A stretch of DNA of 64,000 bases from Dimorphilus gyrociliatus (GCA_904063045.1 CAJFCJ010000021.1:868001-932000), one strand, 5' to 3'; positions 15,027-29,542 are shown, counted from the first letter of the stretch. Translations and numbers: made by a program. Notes: generated by a model not told the origin, from the sequence alone.

Positions 15027-17079
15027 TTAGACGCCCAACATAAACGCTTGTTTACTAGGTGGAATGCTACCGCTCTGCGAAGTATTCGCCAAAGGATTGC
15101 TCAACGTTGCGTTGAATGTTCCCTTTAATACTGTATCTTGTATGAGTGGATTAAATTCGTACGTTCCCGGTCCTGGTACATTCTCTTTTGATAGGTTCTT
15201 AAATCTTTTATCCTTTGCGGTCAATGGATTATTTGCTCTGCCGGTTATTTTTGGAGCGTACATATTCGGAGCTAAATTAAATAAACACAACAACAAAAAA
15301 AAGGCGATAAGATAAAATTTTATCAAGTTTTTTGAATACTTAAATTGGATGCAATTAATTTGTGTTTTATACCTGGATTACTTGGATCCGTTTCATCTAC
15401 AATTATATCGTGGGGCGGAACGAAACGCCCACTTGAAACTTGGAAGGCATTGTGTCGTTTCTTAGCTTCCGTTGTCCTAGGCGGTGCCAGTTCTCTCTTT
15501 ATTAATTTCGTATGAGCCTTATGAACATCGTAGGATCCAGGAGCAGGTGTATCCTAAATTAAGGAAAATTGCGGTGTAATAAACTCTATTAATTATTTAT
15601 AAATCGTATTAATACCTTAATGATTGCTTCAGCTTCAAATCTATTTGTGAGCGATTGGAAATTGGCTGATGCATTATCGTACTTAGGTTTAAATGGCACT
15701 TCTTTGGGTTGATAGTGAGATGGGCCAGGGTTAGCAGTTTCAGTTTTTGTCGCTAAACCGTGCGACCTTGGTGCGGTTGTTCCAAATACTCCCCGTCTTG
15801 TCGATTCCATGTAAGCTTTTCTCATACTTTCAGAACCCATACCGCCGGCATTGTACGCCCCTGGGCCTGGACCGCCTCGATTCTCAGAAATGAATCTGAC
15901 ACTAGTTTGACCAAAAGGAGATTTCTTAAGGCCACTAACTTTTCTTAGAGCGTCTAAAGCTTGTCTAGGATCGTTATAAGCACCTGGTGCTGGTGTACTT
16001 TCTTTCATCCTACCGAATCTCTGAAAGTTAATAGAAATCTTTTAAAGTATTTGTCGTTAATCCTCGCTTTTACCATTTCATATTATTTTTTTTGCGGTAT
16101 ATGTTTCTCGTTACAACTGTAAAACAACATAAACTGACAAAACTGACATACAAACAAAACAAAACAAACAAACAAAACAGTATCTACAATAACAACTTAC
16201 CATACTTTGAGAACCGAATGGCGGATGTTCCGGAGAAAACTCAACATTATCCACATTATTCTTTTGCAGTTTATCGAATTGACTTGGTATTTCATATTTT
16301 CCCGGTCCGGGAATTCCTTCTTTCTTCGCTTTAATTTCAACTATTTCATTATATCTAGGTATAATTGGATCGGGTTTGCCTTTTTCCGAAACGGCGATAT
16401 TTAAGTTCAAAGCTCTTGTTGACCTCTTTAAATCAACTTCGTATTCTCCGGGTCCGGGCCCCTCTCTACCCCCAAAAGTAAATCTTTGACTCGTTCTCTT
16501 ACACCACTGTGTTCCTTTAAAGTCCGATTCGACTTTATCTGTAGATACTCTATAATAGGCTGGTCCTAATGAGACGTCTCGTTTGGGCGGTTTTTGCTTT
16601 TGTAGCAGCCCATCTTCGGTTTCTTCGTAACCGTAGGCCTGCTGAGGAACTGGTATGGATGGGGCTTGAGCAACTTTAACTGGTTTTGTTCTCGCCATAA
16701 TTAAAACATTTTTTGCGTGGGGAGCCTCAATTTTAACTGGTGAAGCTTTTTTCTCTTCAAGATTATATTGGCCTGGTCCCGGAGTAACTTCTGATTTGTG
16801 TTTAAATCGACCCTCCTTATTCGAGAGGGAACTACCACCTTTAACTGTTAATTGAATAGTACCCGGGTCGTATTGCCCCGGTCCAGGTAAAGCCGCTGTA
16901 GTTTCAATTTGCGATGGAAACGTTTCACGGCTTGTCATGGATAAGAATGGAGCATATCCATCTATTTGAATTTTCTTTGGATTAGGCGAATCCATATTGT
17001 AGGAGCCGGGACCGATATTTTTCCCAGTACTTCCTATTAGATTGACGAGACTTCTCTCTGCTCTATCGTAGACTGACAT
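15027..17079 (-). CDS. STPG2: Sperm-tail PG-rich repeat-containing protein 2 (SHIPPO repeats); 4 coding exons, 569 aa
   Basis: Exons 17079-16201, 16020-15616, 15553-15373 and 15271-15027 are all GT-AG and in frame. There are many PGPGxY repeats, an N-terminal YDRAER...GPGSY...APFLSMTSRE and a C-terminal KGTFNATLSNP typical of STPG2. Confidence 0.9.
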
Positions 17080-18108
17080 CTGTTTATATCAAAATTAATT
17101 AAGTTTTCTGTTTATTTAAATTTAGGAAATCATTGAAAAAATTACCCTGATTTGTTCGGTGAAAGATCGCAAATTAAGTAGAATATTACTTTTAATAAAT
17201 GTAATTATAATAAACGATAAATATTGAGAAAAAAATTATCCTTAATTGTAGTCTAGCAACATCATCCCCATATTGTTTCGCCGTTTCCAAGCATGTCTTC
17301 TCTAGGATGGTATATTATTCCGAAAATACTTTTAATGTTATTTTTTAACGGTAGAGGCAAGCCAGGCTTTTGGTCTAGACGCGCACTTAAAGTCTCGTGG
17401 AACAACGTTAAGTACGACCTTCACCCACGCCATTTTCAAGAGGCGCCAAGCACGCTTTACCTTCTCTCTTACGATATATATCCTTAGTAAGTAGACAGTT
17501 TGGCTATTTATAATTCTTCTATTTAATTTTCAATAATTCTTCATCATTACCACAACTAATTGTTGGTAGAAATGTGTTTTTGTTAGCTAGTTCGGAGGCA
17601 AACCGGTTAGATCCGGTTGGGGAAAATTCCTCTCATGCTTTCGCTGGAATATCCGTTAAAAATTCAAAAAAAAATCCCTATTTTGCGTAAAAAGGTACAA
17701 AATTTAATAGAAAAATGGTAATAACCATTCGAATATTGGCACATGGACTCTTTGAGATTGTAGGCCATTTTCACTAGGCCAATATTCGGCTTGATATGAA
17801 ATTATAATTAACTACCTACCGAAAAGTGTTTAACGAATTTTAACGATTTAAGACGAACGATTACTACTTAGTGTATCAAATATGGAAAATACATATTATA
17901 AGAAATCAATAAGCCCTTTTTTTAAATAATTACGCATTTATTTAAACCGGCTATAACCAGAAAATGGCGGTTTCGTAAGAAAAACGTTAAGCTAACGTTT
18001 TCATGAGTATATATAGTGCAGTTTATCCGTCTATTTTTCATTAATGGTTTATACCTTGAATGGTCTAGCTAACTGTTTTTAAATATGCTTATACCAGGTA
18101 TACAAAAT
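17080..18108. promoter_or_regulatory. Divergent (bidirectional) promoter and 5'UTR region of STPG2 and Ran
   Basis: The two ATGs are about 1 kb apart head-to-head. It contains a probable STPG2 5'UTR intron (17080-17145), an X-box-like GTAGTCTAGCAAC (17248-17260) and YY1-like motifs CGCCATTTT (17428) and AAAATGGCGG (17961). Confidence 0.6.
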
Positions 18109-19315
18109 ATGGCCAAGCCAGAAGAAAATATGCCGACGTTCAAGTTGGTTCTCTGCGGAGATGGAGGTGTTGGAAAAACAACTTTTGTCAAGCGCCACAT
18201 GACCGGAGAGTTTGAAAAGAAATATGTTGGTAAGTAGAATATAATTTGGAACATTAAAAAAAGTATTTTAGAATGGACTTGTACTTGAATATTTCTCTTT
18301 TCATAGCTACATTGGGAGTTGAAGTACATCCTCTCGTGTTCCATACAAAGAGAGGACCTGTTCGCTTCAATGTCTGGGATACGGCCGGTCAAGAAAAGTT
18401 TGGAGGTTTAAGGGACGGCTATTATATCCAAGGTATGGTATTTAACCACCGAAATAAGGCTTATTCAAAAACCAATAGGATTCGTTGATAAAAGCAATGT
18501 TTTGTCAGTTTTTTTCGAAAGAAAAGGAAAGCTTTATGATTGAATGATAATTTTCAAAGTGGCGTCCTATAAGAATGAATGATTGAATATTATTAAAAGT
18601 TTTTTGTTTCTAGTCAATTCTGTCTTAAGCTATGTAAACATGTGAAATTCGGTAGCTGAGCAGACTGAAAGAAAAAATTTTAACTTGAATAGTTTAATTT
18701 ACATATAATGCAGAATGTGCTCTTTTATACTTTTTTGAACTATACATACTCAAACAAAATTTGTTTTGTTGTATTATCGACCTGAATAATAAGACAGTTT
18801 TTTTACTCTATTTTTTTAACAGGGCAATGCGCAATCATCATGTTTGACGTAACAGCAAGATCAACCTACAAGAACGTTCCCAACTGGCATCGTGATTTGG
18901 TCCGTGTTTGCGACAATATCCCAATTGTGCTCTGCGGAAATAAAGTTGACGTGAAGGATAGAAAAGTAAAGGCTAAAACAATCGTATTTCATAGAAAGAA
19001 GAACTTGCAGGTAAGCTTAAAATGAAGAGCAATTAAGAGATAAGGAAAATAAACACTTCCGGCTAAACTAAATTGAAATTATTATTTTCCAATATACAGT
19101 ACTACGATATCAGTGCAAAGTCGAACTACAATTTTGAAAAACCATTTCTATGGATAGTTCGTAAATTGGTTGGAGATTCTAATTTAGAATTCGTTGAAAC
19201 ACCAGCTCTTGAACCACCAGAAGTTCACATGGATCCAAATCTGGCTGCCAAGTGGGATCAGGAATTAGAACAAGCAAAATCCGTGGCTTTGCCTGATGAC
19301 GATGATGATCTGTAG
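18109..19315 (+). CDS. RAN: GTP-binding nuclear protein Ran; 4 exons, 216 aa
   Basis: Exons 18109-18229, 18307-18432, 18823-19010 and 19100-19315. Motifs [32 protein letters not shown] and the acidic tail PDDDDDL; canonical length. Confidence 0.98.
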
Positions 19316-21290
19316 AGATTTATAACGAAAAGTTTAAGCGGATATTAATAAAAATTATTTAAAAAACTTTTTATTTCGTATACGTAAAAGTTGCTGAAAA
19401 AAATCAGTCTGATTAGGTCATTTTTTGCGCTGTAACCCACTGGGCATGATGATAAACTATAAATTATATCGCTTCAAACTTTCCTTGAAGTTTTTTTTAG
19501 TACAATACAGATTTACTACATAAGATGGATCTTAAAATTTTACTTTTCAATAATGATTTTACTTAAACAATTAATTATATTTTTTAAGTAGATGATCTAC
19601 CCGATTCAAATATTAGCAAGGAAACTAGAAGGAAATACTCCATATATATACATACAGTATATCTTTGCAGTTCAAACACTTGAAAGGAGATTCTCCCCCT
19701 AATAAGTCTCTCTATATGGGAATATACAGCAAATACTATCAAGTTGACTAATTCGTAGACTGTTATTCTTCCGATATAAGCTTGTTTTGTTTATTTATAT
19801 TCTTTCAAGAGGCCTATCGTAATTTGAATTATACTTGATGCGCAATTAAAACTAAAGAGTGTATATTGGCTGCATATTCTTTATCGTAGTCTAAAGACTA
19901 ACCTAACCCAACCATGTTAGATAATAAATAATACTAAACGTCTTGGATGCTTCTGTAGACGTTTTCGAAAATTAGCATTCTAAAAGGGAATATAAAGCGT
20001 GTAAAGTTGTATTTATAACTCTGTTCAATATTGAAAGAAGAGAAAAGTAGAAGAATTTAACTTACACAACACAATACAACCATAATACTTTATTTGTTTA
20101 TATTTCAAGTAAATCGTGAAAAGAGAGTCTATCTTCACTATTTATATTTATCGTTCAAAACGATTTTTCCCTTCCCTTTGCTTTAACTTTGTAATATGGA
20201 ATTTATTGTAACCTGAAAGGCTAGCGGTACAGCGACCTGTACCGTTCTAATCTAACTGATTTGTAAAGTGTAATGAAAGCATATTCTACTATCTATATGC
20301 TTTAATTGTCAAGTTTGATAGAATTGTATATCGGTACCTTACCATAATTAGTTAACTAAAGAGAGCGTTTAAAAAACGTCACTTATTTATAGCTAGATCA
20401 TTACTGCGGGAAAAATGTCAATTTGAAAAAAGGCTCCTTTTAGCATTTTCGTTAGTTTCTTACAAGAAAGAAGGTTAACTTAATCATTAACGCTTTTACA
20501 AGCCCGTCTACCCTAGCTCTTTACCTAGCGGAAGTTCAAATTTCAACGGTTTTGACAGAAAATATTTCGGAAAGAGGGCGCAACTGCTAGGGATTGAGAA
20601 ATATTTCCATCTGTGCAGTTTTCTCATACTTCTCTATCAACTACGCCCCCTACAATTTACACTCGTGACCTTAGTATCTGGTAATTGATAAAGGTACATC
20701 TAGATAATAGGTTAAAGTCACTTCCTTTTATTCCGGCCAAGTAGAATACAATACTTGGCTTTCGACTGACACCTTTCCTCTCCGAGACTGATGTCCAAAG
20801 GTGTAATTACTAGTTGGCGAAACGCAATAATTGATAAGTAGGCTTAAACATAGAAGAGAGTAGAGTTCCATTCAATTCGATAGATACGAATGTCCTAGAA
20901 AATGGCAATAATAAGAAGAGTCCTTGTACTTAAAGTTCCTTATAGTTTTCTAATTTTTAACTAATAGTTAGTATACTGTTTAGTTAAAGAATAGGTTAAA
21001 AGGGAGATAAGAGTCTAAGTAATAAGTACAACATAGTCTATTAAATTTAATAAATAGACAAGTATATATTGACTGATGTATATAGATGTGAAATCTAAAT
21101 ATTTAATACTACTTTTCATTCCGACGTCCTTTTTCTGTTGATTGACTGCTTTCTTTTTGCAATTGTTGCTGTTTGTTTGTTGTGGTACAAGTCATCCATC
21201 GTTCCTTCTTAGACTCACTTCTATCCTTGTCTCTTTTGCGGAAACAACAGATAGTTCCAACAAATAGAAATAAACCTGTGAAAAGAGACA

Positions 21291-22696
21291 ATGAATATCG
21301 TCATTAGATTCTTTATTCTTCTATTAAAATTTATTATTGATGCCTTCGGCGATATTCTCGTCAAGTTTGGATTGAGATTAGAACCTTTAACTTTTGAAAC
21401 CGTTTGCAAAGGATTATCTAAACAAGCTAAATCTGATTTGCTACAAACTGAATATGCTAAGAATAACTTTATGGTGCTTATTGAACATATTACCTCATGC
21501 GATGAATTACCACTCACTGGTCATTATTTTACAAGAGTCTGGATGATTAAACTATTAGAGTTAAGAGTCAGAGTTCAAAGATGCTTGAAAGAGGATCCTT
21601 CTATTTATAAGGTTCCTCTAACACGTCCAGTATTTTTTGTTACCCTCATGAGAACTGGTAGTACTTTTCTTCATCATCTTCTATCGCAAGATAAAAATTG
21701 GAGATGCCCCGAACTGTGGGAATTGGAGGATTGCGCACCACCGCCCGGTGGACAGGACGACTCTAGGAGAATTGCAGAGAGTAGATTGAAATGGAGTAAG
21801 TAGAGAAGATTGGGATAGGAAAGCCTAATGTAAAATATAATAACATAAATTTCTATTCCATCAGATATATCGAGTTGTCTAATGGGATGGAAAGACGTAC
21901 AAAAGACGCACACATTCGACCCTCGCAATCCGGAAGATTTGGCTTTTATCGGTTACCTCGACGGTCATTTTGTCGGTTCTTCACTTCTCCATCGCGGAAT
22001 GGAAGGAGAATTTACCGACTACTTTAGAAATCAGTCGGAGAAAATTCAAGATATTTACGAAGAGAATAATCGAGTTCGAATGCAAATGATTTGTAAAAAT
22101 TCAGGTAAATAATATAAAAGACATTTTCCTCTTTTAACTATAAGATCCATAATTCTTTCTTTAAAGATATGACAAAGAGACGATTATTGGCTATGCATCA
22201 TACATCTCCTGTTCATTTAAGAGCTCTTCTAAAAGCCTTTCCCGATGCGCAAATCATCACAATTCACCGAGATTTCGTAGGACAAATGAAATCGTCTTGC
22301 GAATTAATTAGAACAATTTCTAGACCTACTAGAAGACTATTCATAAAAGATAACGAAGGCTACGGTAGAAGAGTTTTGAATTCGGTCTATCACGACGCTG
22401 AAAAGTTGGTTAAATGGAGGAGGGATTGCAACTTTGAAAGTAAAGATTTTCAGAGATTCGTCGACGTTCACTTTAAAGATTTAATAAAGAATCCAATTGA
22501 AACCGTACAACAAATATATAATCAACTGGATCAAGAATTAACAACAGAGGCCAAAGAGAATATGACTAAATTTTTGTCAAATCATAAAAAATCCAATGCC
22601 AAAGCTAAATATAACATTGAAGAGTTTGGATTAACAGAAAATCAGATAAGACAAAAATTCAAGTTCTATACAGACTATTTTAAAGTAAAAACGTGA
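21291..22696 (+). CDS. Sulfotransferase family protein (Sulfotransfer_3 / Stf-like), paralog A; 3 exons, 424 aa
   Basis: Exons 21291-21795, 21865-22104 and 22167-22696. It has the 5'-PSB loop RPVFFVTLMRTGSTFLHHLL, the 3'-PB motif FPDAQIITIHRD...S, DVHFKDLIKNP and a C-terminal KYNIEEFGL. Confidence 0.88.
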
Positions 22697-23600
22697 AGGT
22701 AGAAGAAGATTGAAGATTGAAGATTAAGGATCATTGAAAAGAAAACTATATTAAAGTGATAATTATAATGATTAAACTTTATTTATTTATCTTCTTCCTC
22801 TGTTGAATATATCCCTCTCCCCCTATCATCTGTACTCCTCCCTCCCTCCCTTATTAGTAGATTTCTAGTCTTTTTTACCTGTAAAAAAAGAAACAAATAA
22901 ACGAATTGACAAACATACAAACCTGAATAAACAAAGGAAAGATACAAACTGTACTTTCACTTCTGTATCAATCATATTCTAGATTAAAAAGATCTAGGCA
23001 TAGTGTGTGTGTGTGTGTGTATGTATGTGTGCGCTTGTTTGTGTCCAAGTCTCTTTACGTAAGCATATATATATATATATATATATATATCTATTTTCAT
23101 TATATATGCCACTACAATAATCGTTTATTGGAATGTAGAACAACGCGATAATGCGAATTTGGTTTAAGAGAACACTCCGTCCCCTTTAGAGCACATCAAA
23201 AGAAATAAAAAAAATAGTAATATTACTTTTTCTTGATAAATAACAATTTGTACTAATAAATAACTTATTAGGCTTACTACACTCAATTGACGGACCTTCA
23301 GGCAATTAGTCAAATTTATTTATATATTTAAATTAATATGCATATTTATGCAATAATTAGGATTGTAAAATATGCAAATGTGGTTCCTGGTTTTGGATTT
23401 TGAACACAATATTATACACTGAAAACGGTTCGTTTGTACCGCGCTACGAATACGATAACTTATCAATTTATCTAGGCCGACAATATGGGAATAGATCAAT
23501 ATTTTTTTTATTTACGTTTGATATAAAAACGCGATCTTATTCATTTCATCTTAAAATGTTACCAAGTATTTATTCTCTATAAAAAAAAGATAAAGAAAAG

Positions 23601-25049
23601 ATGCATATAATTCTAAGATTTATTATTCTGACTATTAAATTCATTGTCGATTGGATTGGAGACTTTCTTCTTAACTTTGGTGTTGTTTTATGGCCCCTCT
23701 CCGAAGATTCTTTAACTTCCGTCATATCTAAGGAAGCGAAAATGGAGTATGAAAGCCACAAATATCTTAGAGATTCCTTCCAAATGTTTTCTAATAATCT
23801 ACCACTTAGAACTACTTTTCCCGCTACTGGTAGACTCTTTTCGAGAATATGGATTAAAAGACTTTTAGAATTGAGAGTCAGAATCAATAGAAGCCTAAAA
23901 GAAGATCCCTCAATCTACGACGTTCCACTCCGAAGACCAGTGTTTATAATTACATTAGCTAGAACCGGTAGTACTTTTATGCACTGTCTTATGGCTCAGG
24001 ATCATAGATGGAGATGTCCAGAATTATGGGAATTGGAAGATTGCTCACCGCCACCCGGTGAAAAAGACGATAAGAAGAGAATTTCTGAAAGTAAATTAAA
24101 ATGGGGTAAGGATAATTCAAGTTTTCAAGAAATTCATAATGATAATATCCCTCTCTCTCTCTTTCTTTCTTTCCTTTTCAATAGATCTAACTTCGGTATT
24201 CATGGGTTGGAATGACGTGAAGAATACTCATAATTTCAACGTTCGTACTCCCGAAGATTTACTTTTCCTCTATCATTGCGATTTTCGTTTTGTTCAATCT
24301 GCATTGGTGTTCAGTAGTTTGGAAAAAGACTTTACAAATTATATAAGAAATCCAAAATGGAATGAACAAGTTGAATTTGACGAAAATTTAAGAACTAGAC
24401 TAAAAATGATTTGTAAAAATAGCGGTAAGCTTTACTTTCATTCATTCATTCTTCTTTCCCTCCTTCCTTCCTTTCTCCCTCTTTTCCATTATTAAATTAT
24501 TAATCATTCTATTGTTCAGATATGGAAAATAGAAGGTTATTAACCATGATCCACGCCAGTTCAGTTAACGTTCCATCACTTCTAAAGGCTTTTCCCGATG
24601 CTCAAATTATAACAATACACAGGGATTCTGTTAGTACAATGAAATCGGCTTGCGCCCTAATTCATTGTAATATTAAAGCCTGTCATAGAGTATTCGATTC
24701 GGATAAGATTGGAGTTGGTAGACGCTTGCTTAATTACATGAAATTAGATACGCAAAAGCTAATTAGTATGAGAAAAGATGATAATTTAAAAGCAGAAGGA
24801 TTTCAACGCTTCATCGATGTTCATTTTAAAGATTTGGTTAAAGAACCAATAAAAACAATGGAGAGCGTCTATAAGCAGTTGGATATAAAATTTGACGAAG
24901 ATGTTAAAAGGACCATGTCGGCTTATTTGGCGAGACATAGGAATTCAACAGCAAAAGCAAAGTATACATTGGAAGAATACGGCCTCAGTGACAATGTTGT
25001 AAAGAATGCATTTAATGACTATAATAATTTCTTCAGTGTAAAAGCATAA
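23601..25049 (+). CDS. Sulfotransferase family protein (Sulfotransfer_3 / Stf-like), paralog B; 3 exons, 424 aa
   Basis: Exons 23601-24105, 24185-24424 and 24520-25049 have the same lengths (505/240/530 nt) as paralog A. Motifs RPVFIITLARTGSTFMH, FPDAQIITIHRDS and KYTLEEYGL. Confidence 0.88.
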
Positions 25050-26339
25050 AATGACATTTAAAGTATGATAATTTACGAATGATTTAATAATTGTTATATT
25101 TAAAATATGAGAAAAACAACTTTCTGCATTCTAAAAGCGAATTCAAGATTCAAGATTATTGAACATCATTTTTTTTCCTCATCCACTTCTCATGTCCCTC
25201 ATTCCCTTTTCGTGTATATTTATGTGTTTGTCATCTTAATCATTGATTAAATGAATGAATAAACTCACAAACAAGTGAATAGTCAGTTAAAAACAAACGC
25301 TTTGTTTTTATTTTCACTCAAATAGAATGTAACTAGCACAAATATCTTTACAGGTGTTTTACGTTCGTAGAAAGAGACTTACTGACGATTGAAATAATGT
25401 TGAGAATAGTGTTGAAAAAGCAAATAGAAACAATTTACTAATTAATGACATTCTCATTAAAATTAACTAAACATGATTGAATTTAATGTAACATTGCAAG
25501 TCATCATGGCGAAATATGCACATGTTATATATATATACTGTAATTATATATAGAAAGTATACTAAATATAGAAAACACGCCACTCTCGGGCAATACACCT
25601 TTGATCGTGGTGAATTTTTCGAATTCACTTTTCTTCAATTTGAATTTATTCATAAAGTATTTAAATTATACTTGATTGTAATATTCATTGCGAACAAATT
25701 GTATCTTATGTTATATAACAGTAAAGCTTATAGTATAAATTTTAATATAATTAATTATTATTTTGAATATTTTAATTGGTTAATTATCACTCTGCTGATA
25801 GTTTACTTGTTACCTCTTAAAAGTCTTAGAAGGACTATCTATTCTCATACTCTGTACCTTATCTCGACCTATATCAACAAAACAAAAGGCCTGTCTGGGA
25901 CATTTAGGCTTAAACGGCATACTTTAACTTTTTTTTTCTCTCTAATTTTAGTGAAAAATTTCAATGTTTTCACGATTGTTAAGTAATTAAACGGATTAAA
26001 CTATTTTTGAATAACCTTCATTTACCCTTCAGTATCTTATTACAACTTGTATATCTTTACTTTCACTTGGAAAGACGTTTAAACTGGAAAATGATCTTTT
26101 TCAAATCCGCTTATTTCCCCCAAACTAGTCTGCTGTTGGATTTAATCAAAAAAATGAATAAAAATTGAATGCAGACTATAGGCCCAATTGCCCCTGTTCA
26201 AACGGTAAAGGTTAATGGGAAAAGGTTTTTGGTAAGAAATAGCTGAGCCTTTTAGCACAGATTTTTCACTCAATACATTCTTCTGCCTTTGAATTTTTGC
26301 AGTTAAAGAAGCAAATAAGAAACGACAAAATAAATTGAA

Positions 26340-27369
26340 AAATTTACAAAATAGCTTTTTGTCTCCGCCCCTCTCTTCTTTTCTGAATATTCATTTCGTC
26401 GCTTTTGTTATGAACTTTTCGCTTTTGGAATTTGAAGGAGTCGCGTGTCTGAAAATAACTCTCCTCAATAATTCAGATACTGATAAGATGTAAATGAATG
26501 ATAAGAAAGCTTCTGTTCAATATAAAGACAAGTGTATGCTTGCTTTTCAGAAATTCATTCCCTTTTAGCTCAAATCTCCAGTTTTATAATTCAATACATT
26601 TTCGTATATTTATTGAACAGAGTAACGTTAAATTATTCTTGTTAGACGCTTTAAAACAGTTTCTTTCAATATTCTTAAGGCTTTCCTTCTCTATCCTTGT
26701 GTAATTTTTCATTAGTAGAACATTCGATAATTCAACAATGAAATCCGCTTGTTCAATAATTCATTCATGAAAAATTGAATTGGACGACGATTATTGAACA
26801 CTTGGAAATTGGAAAATTTCTCTATTTAAATGATAGGATATTCTAATTTGTAATTTTAATATTTAAATTATGTAGCTATTACATGAATAAATTACCATTA
26901 ATTAATTAGGTAATATTATTTGTGAAAAATAATCCAGTAAATCAATTAAATAGATATTTTTCAATTTTTTCTTTGTCATCCTGTCCACCTGGCGGCGGTG
27001 CGCATTCTTTCAATTCTCATAATTTCGGATCCATTTTCATTTATGATTCAGTAAAAATGTACAACCAGTCGTTTTCATTAATGAGGTTAAGCGTCTGATT
27101 TAGCTTGTCGCGAATCATGACATTAAAAACCATTCTCGTAGTAGCCGAAGAGTGGCCATTGTTTAAAAAACACTTAACCCATTCAATAAAATTTCACCTA
27201 ACGCCAGGCTTATTCTACAAGTCTTGTTGAGCATCTTCCGTTTGCGGATTTATTAATTCTTCAGCGTTTAAAGGCCATAAAACTATTATTAAACCTGGTT
27301 CAATAAATCACCCAATAAGGTTAAAGATAATCTTTATAGATACAAGTAAAATCTCATTATTATATTCAC
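26340..27369 (-). pseudogene. Inverted, decayed third copy of the sulfotransferase
   Basis: Minus-strand fragments VNIIMRF, IVLWPLNAEEL, TTGCTFL, PKL*ELKECAPPPGGQDDKEKI (26972-27027) and TRDSFKFQK are colinear with paralogs A/B. The start is ATG>GTG, and there are several stops, frameshifts and deletions. The 3' limit is approximate. Confidence 0.8.
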
Positions 27370-28873
27370 ACTCTTTCTCTCTTCCCACTCGAAGGTGTTG
27401 AGTGTTGAATCGAAGTCTCTACATTCAATCAAGATCAAGGACTATATAATAATAATATTCAACTATAGAATGGCTGTTGTAGACAGTTTCATAAGAGGAA
27501 AGTAAAATCTTTGGAGGTTTGAATATTTTTCACTTTCATTTGTTGTTATAAAACGATTGAACAAAATTTTTTTGTTCGCATGAATAGACAGTCAACAGAT
27601 GTTTGAAATAAACATAAACATTCATAATTAAATCTACTACTCCCATTTTAGTTGTCTCTCTTTTTCATACAGAATACAAACATGTGTCACTTGAATATTT
27701 TTATTATTATGCACTCTGAACGATAGAATCAAAATTGTACAGTCAAATGTTTCATTGAAGAGGAAGAGAGAGAGAAAAAAAAGAGAGAGTTTGCGTGTAT
27801 GTGTGTGAATGCCAGAAAACTAAAATGCTCACTATCAAGAGTAGATTCTATTTGGATTTTCAGATTTATAGAAAAACAATTCTCATACAAAGATGTCTAT
27901 TCTCCGAATTTGAAGAGTTAACTTTGCAAATTATCTAGAGTAATGAAATGAATTAATCAGACGAAACGGATTTAGAAAAATGGCTAAAGGAAACAAAATA
28001 TTTATGAAAATAAAAAAAACAAGATGGCTGAAGGGGAAAAGGATGCATAAACTGTAATACATTGTATTTTGACTATATGAAGAAGGTGGTATTTTATTCG
28101 ATGGTTTACGATATATATTGATATATTTATGGGACTTTTTGGTGATATGACAACAAAAGCAATTAATAAACTAAATTTGTAGAGGATATTTATAACTGAA
28201 TAGAATAATTTATATGGAATATAAAAGTTTTAATAGTCGGTGTAAGGTTTAAACGTGTTTTTGCTTTTCTGAACTAAATGATAAGATTTCTCTGAATAAT
28301 CTATGTTGAGAGGCTTATCTGGTAAATCTATTGAAAATAATCTTTAATTACTTCAAATGAAAACAAATACGTGTACTTTCTAATATATTCGATTAGAGGA
28401 AAAAAGAGAAGAGACACCAACAAACAACAGCTTTTATTATTCCATTTAAATAATATGTGATGAAGAAGAAATGATGAATAGATAGAATAATTTCACTTAA
28501 TTTATTTATTGTCCTTTTTCTTTGTTATTCATGTTTTTACTTTTGAATTATAACAAACTTTTTCATTTTGTAATTAACGATAGTTGCTTATCGAATAAAT
28601 TACTTTTTTCCCCTCGTTCTTCTTCTTCTTCTTCTTCTTTTTCTTCTTCTTAAACAACAAGAACAACAACAACAGTTCCCTCTCTAAAATCTCCATTTAG
28701 TCTACTATTTTCAAATTTTTCTACATTTCTACTATATCTCCCTACTTCTCCTATCTAATTATCCTAAACACTATATACTTGTTACACTTACCATCGTTAG
28801 AAAATAGAAAAAAAGAGCCGCTATTCAAGAAGCAGGTAACGTAACAAAAAGATTATTAAACGACAAATAGTCT

Positions 28874-29489
28874 TCATCTTCTTGAACAAGAGCATGACGT
28901 ACATGTTGAACAGTCGTCGTCCTGCTTTCGTGGAGGACTAGCTATGACTAAGACTTGAGATACTTTAGGTCCGTGATTATTGTGATTTTGAGGAGGTAGG
29001 TAAATCATTGGCGCGGATGGAGCCGTTATTTGACTTGGCGGTCTAAAAGCCCTCGGTCCATAGTCATTGTAATTAATAATGGGTTGATTAGGGCGGGGGA
29101 AAGGAGGTCTAAATGGAGTACAGAAAATTGATCCAGATTTATCGTAACCGCCTGGATTATGATAAAGAGGAGTTTTGTTCATAAGATCTAATCTTCTTCT
29201 ACTGTAGATTTCTTGGTTTTCTTCTAAATCCTTTAAAGGTTTAGTTAATTTCTTCTCCCTTTTCTTTTTAAGTTCTCTAATAGCTTCAGGATCCATTTCG
29301 TTCATTTGAGATTTCAAATCTCTTATCTGATTGAGCATGACTTTCATTAAATTCTTTTTAGTCGAGTCCTTAGAAGGAGCAGGAATACGAGTTTTCGTCT
29401 TTTCTTCCTCTTGAAGACCATTTTTCCTTGGCTTGTACTCCTAAATGAGAACACAAAAAAGCGAAGATGATAGAGAAACAGAGATAGAC

Positions 29490-29542
<53 letters not shown>

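Noticed and set aside
20225-20244. Perfect 8-bp hairpin CGGTACAG-CGAC-CTGTACCG
   Set aside because: It is a single short stem with no recognisable ncRNA context and could arise by chance.
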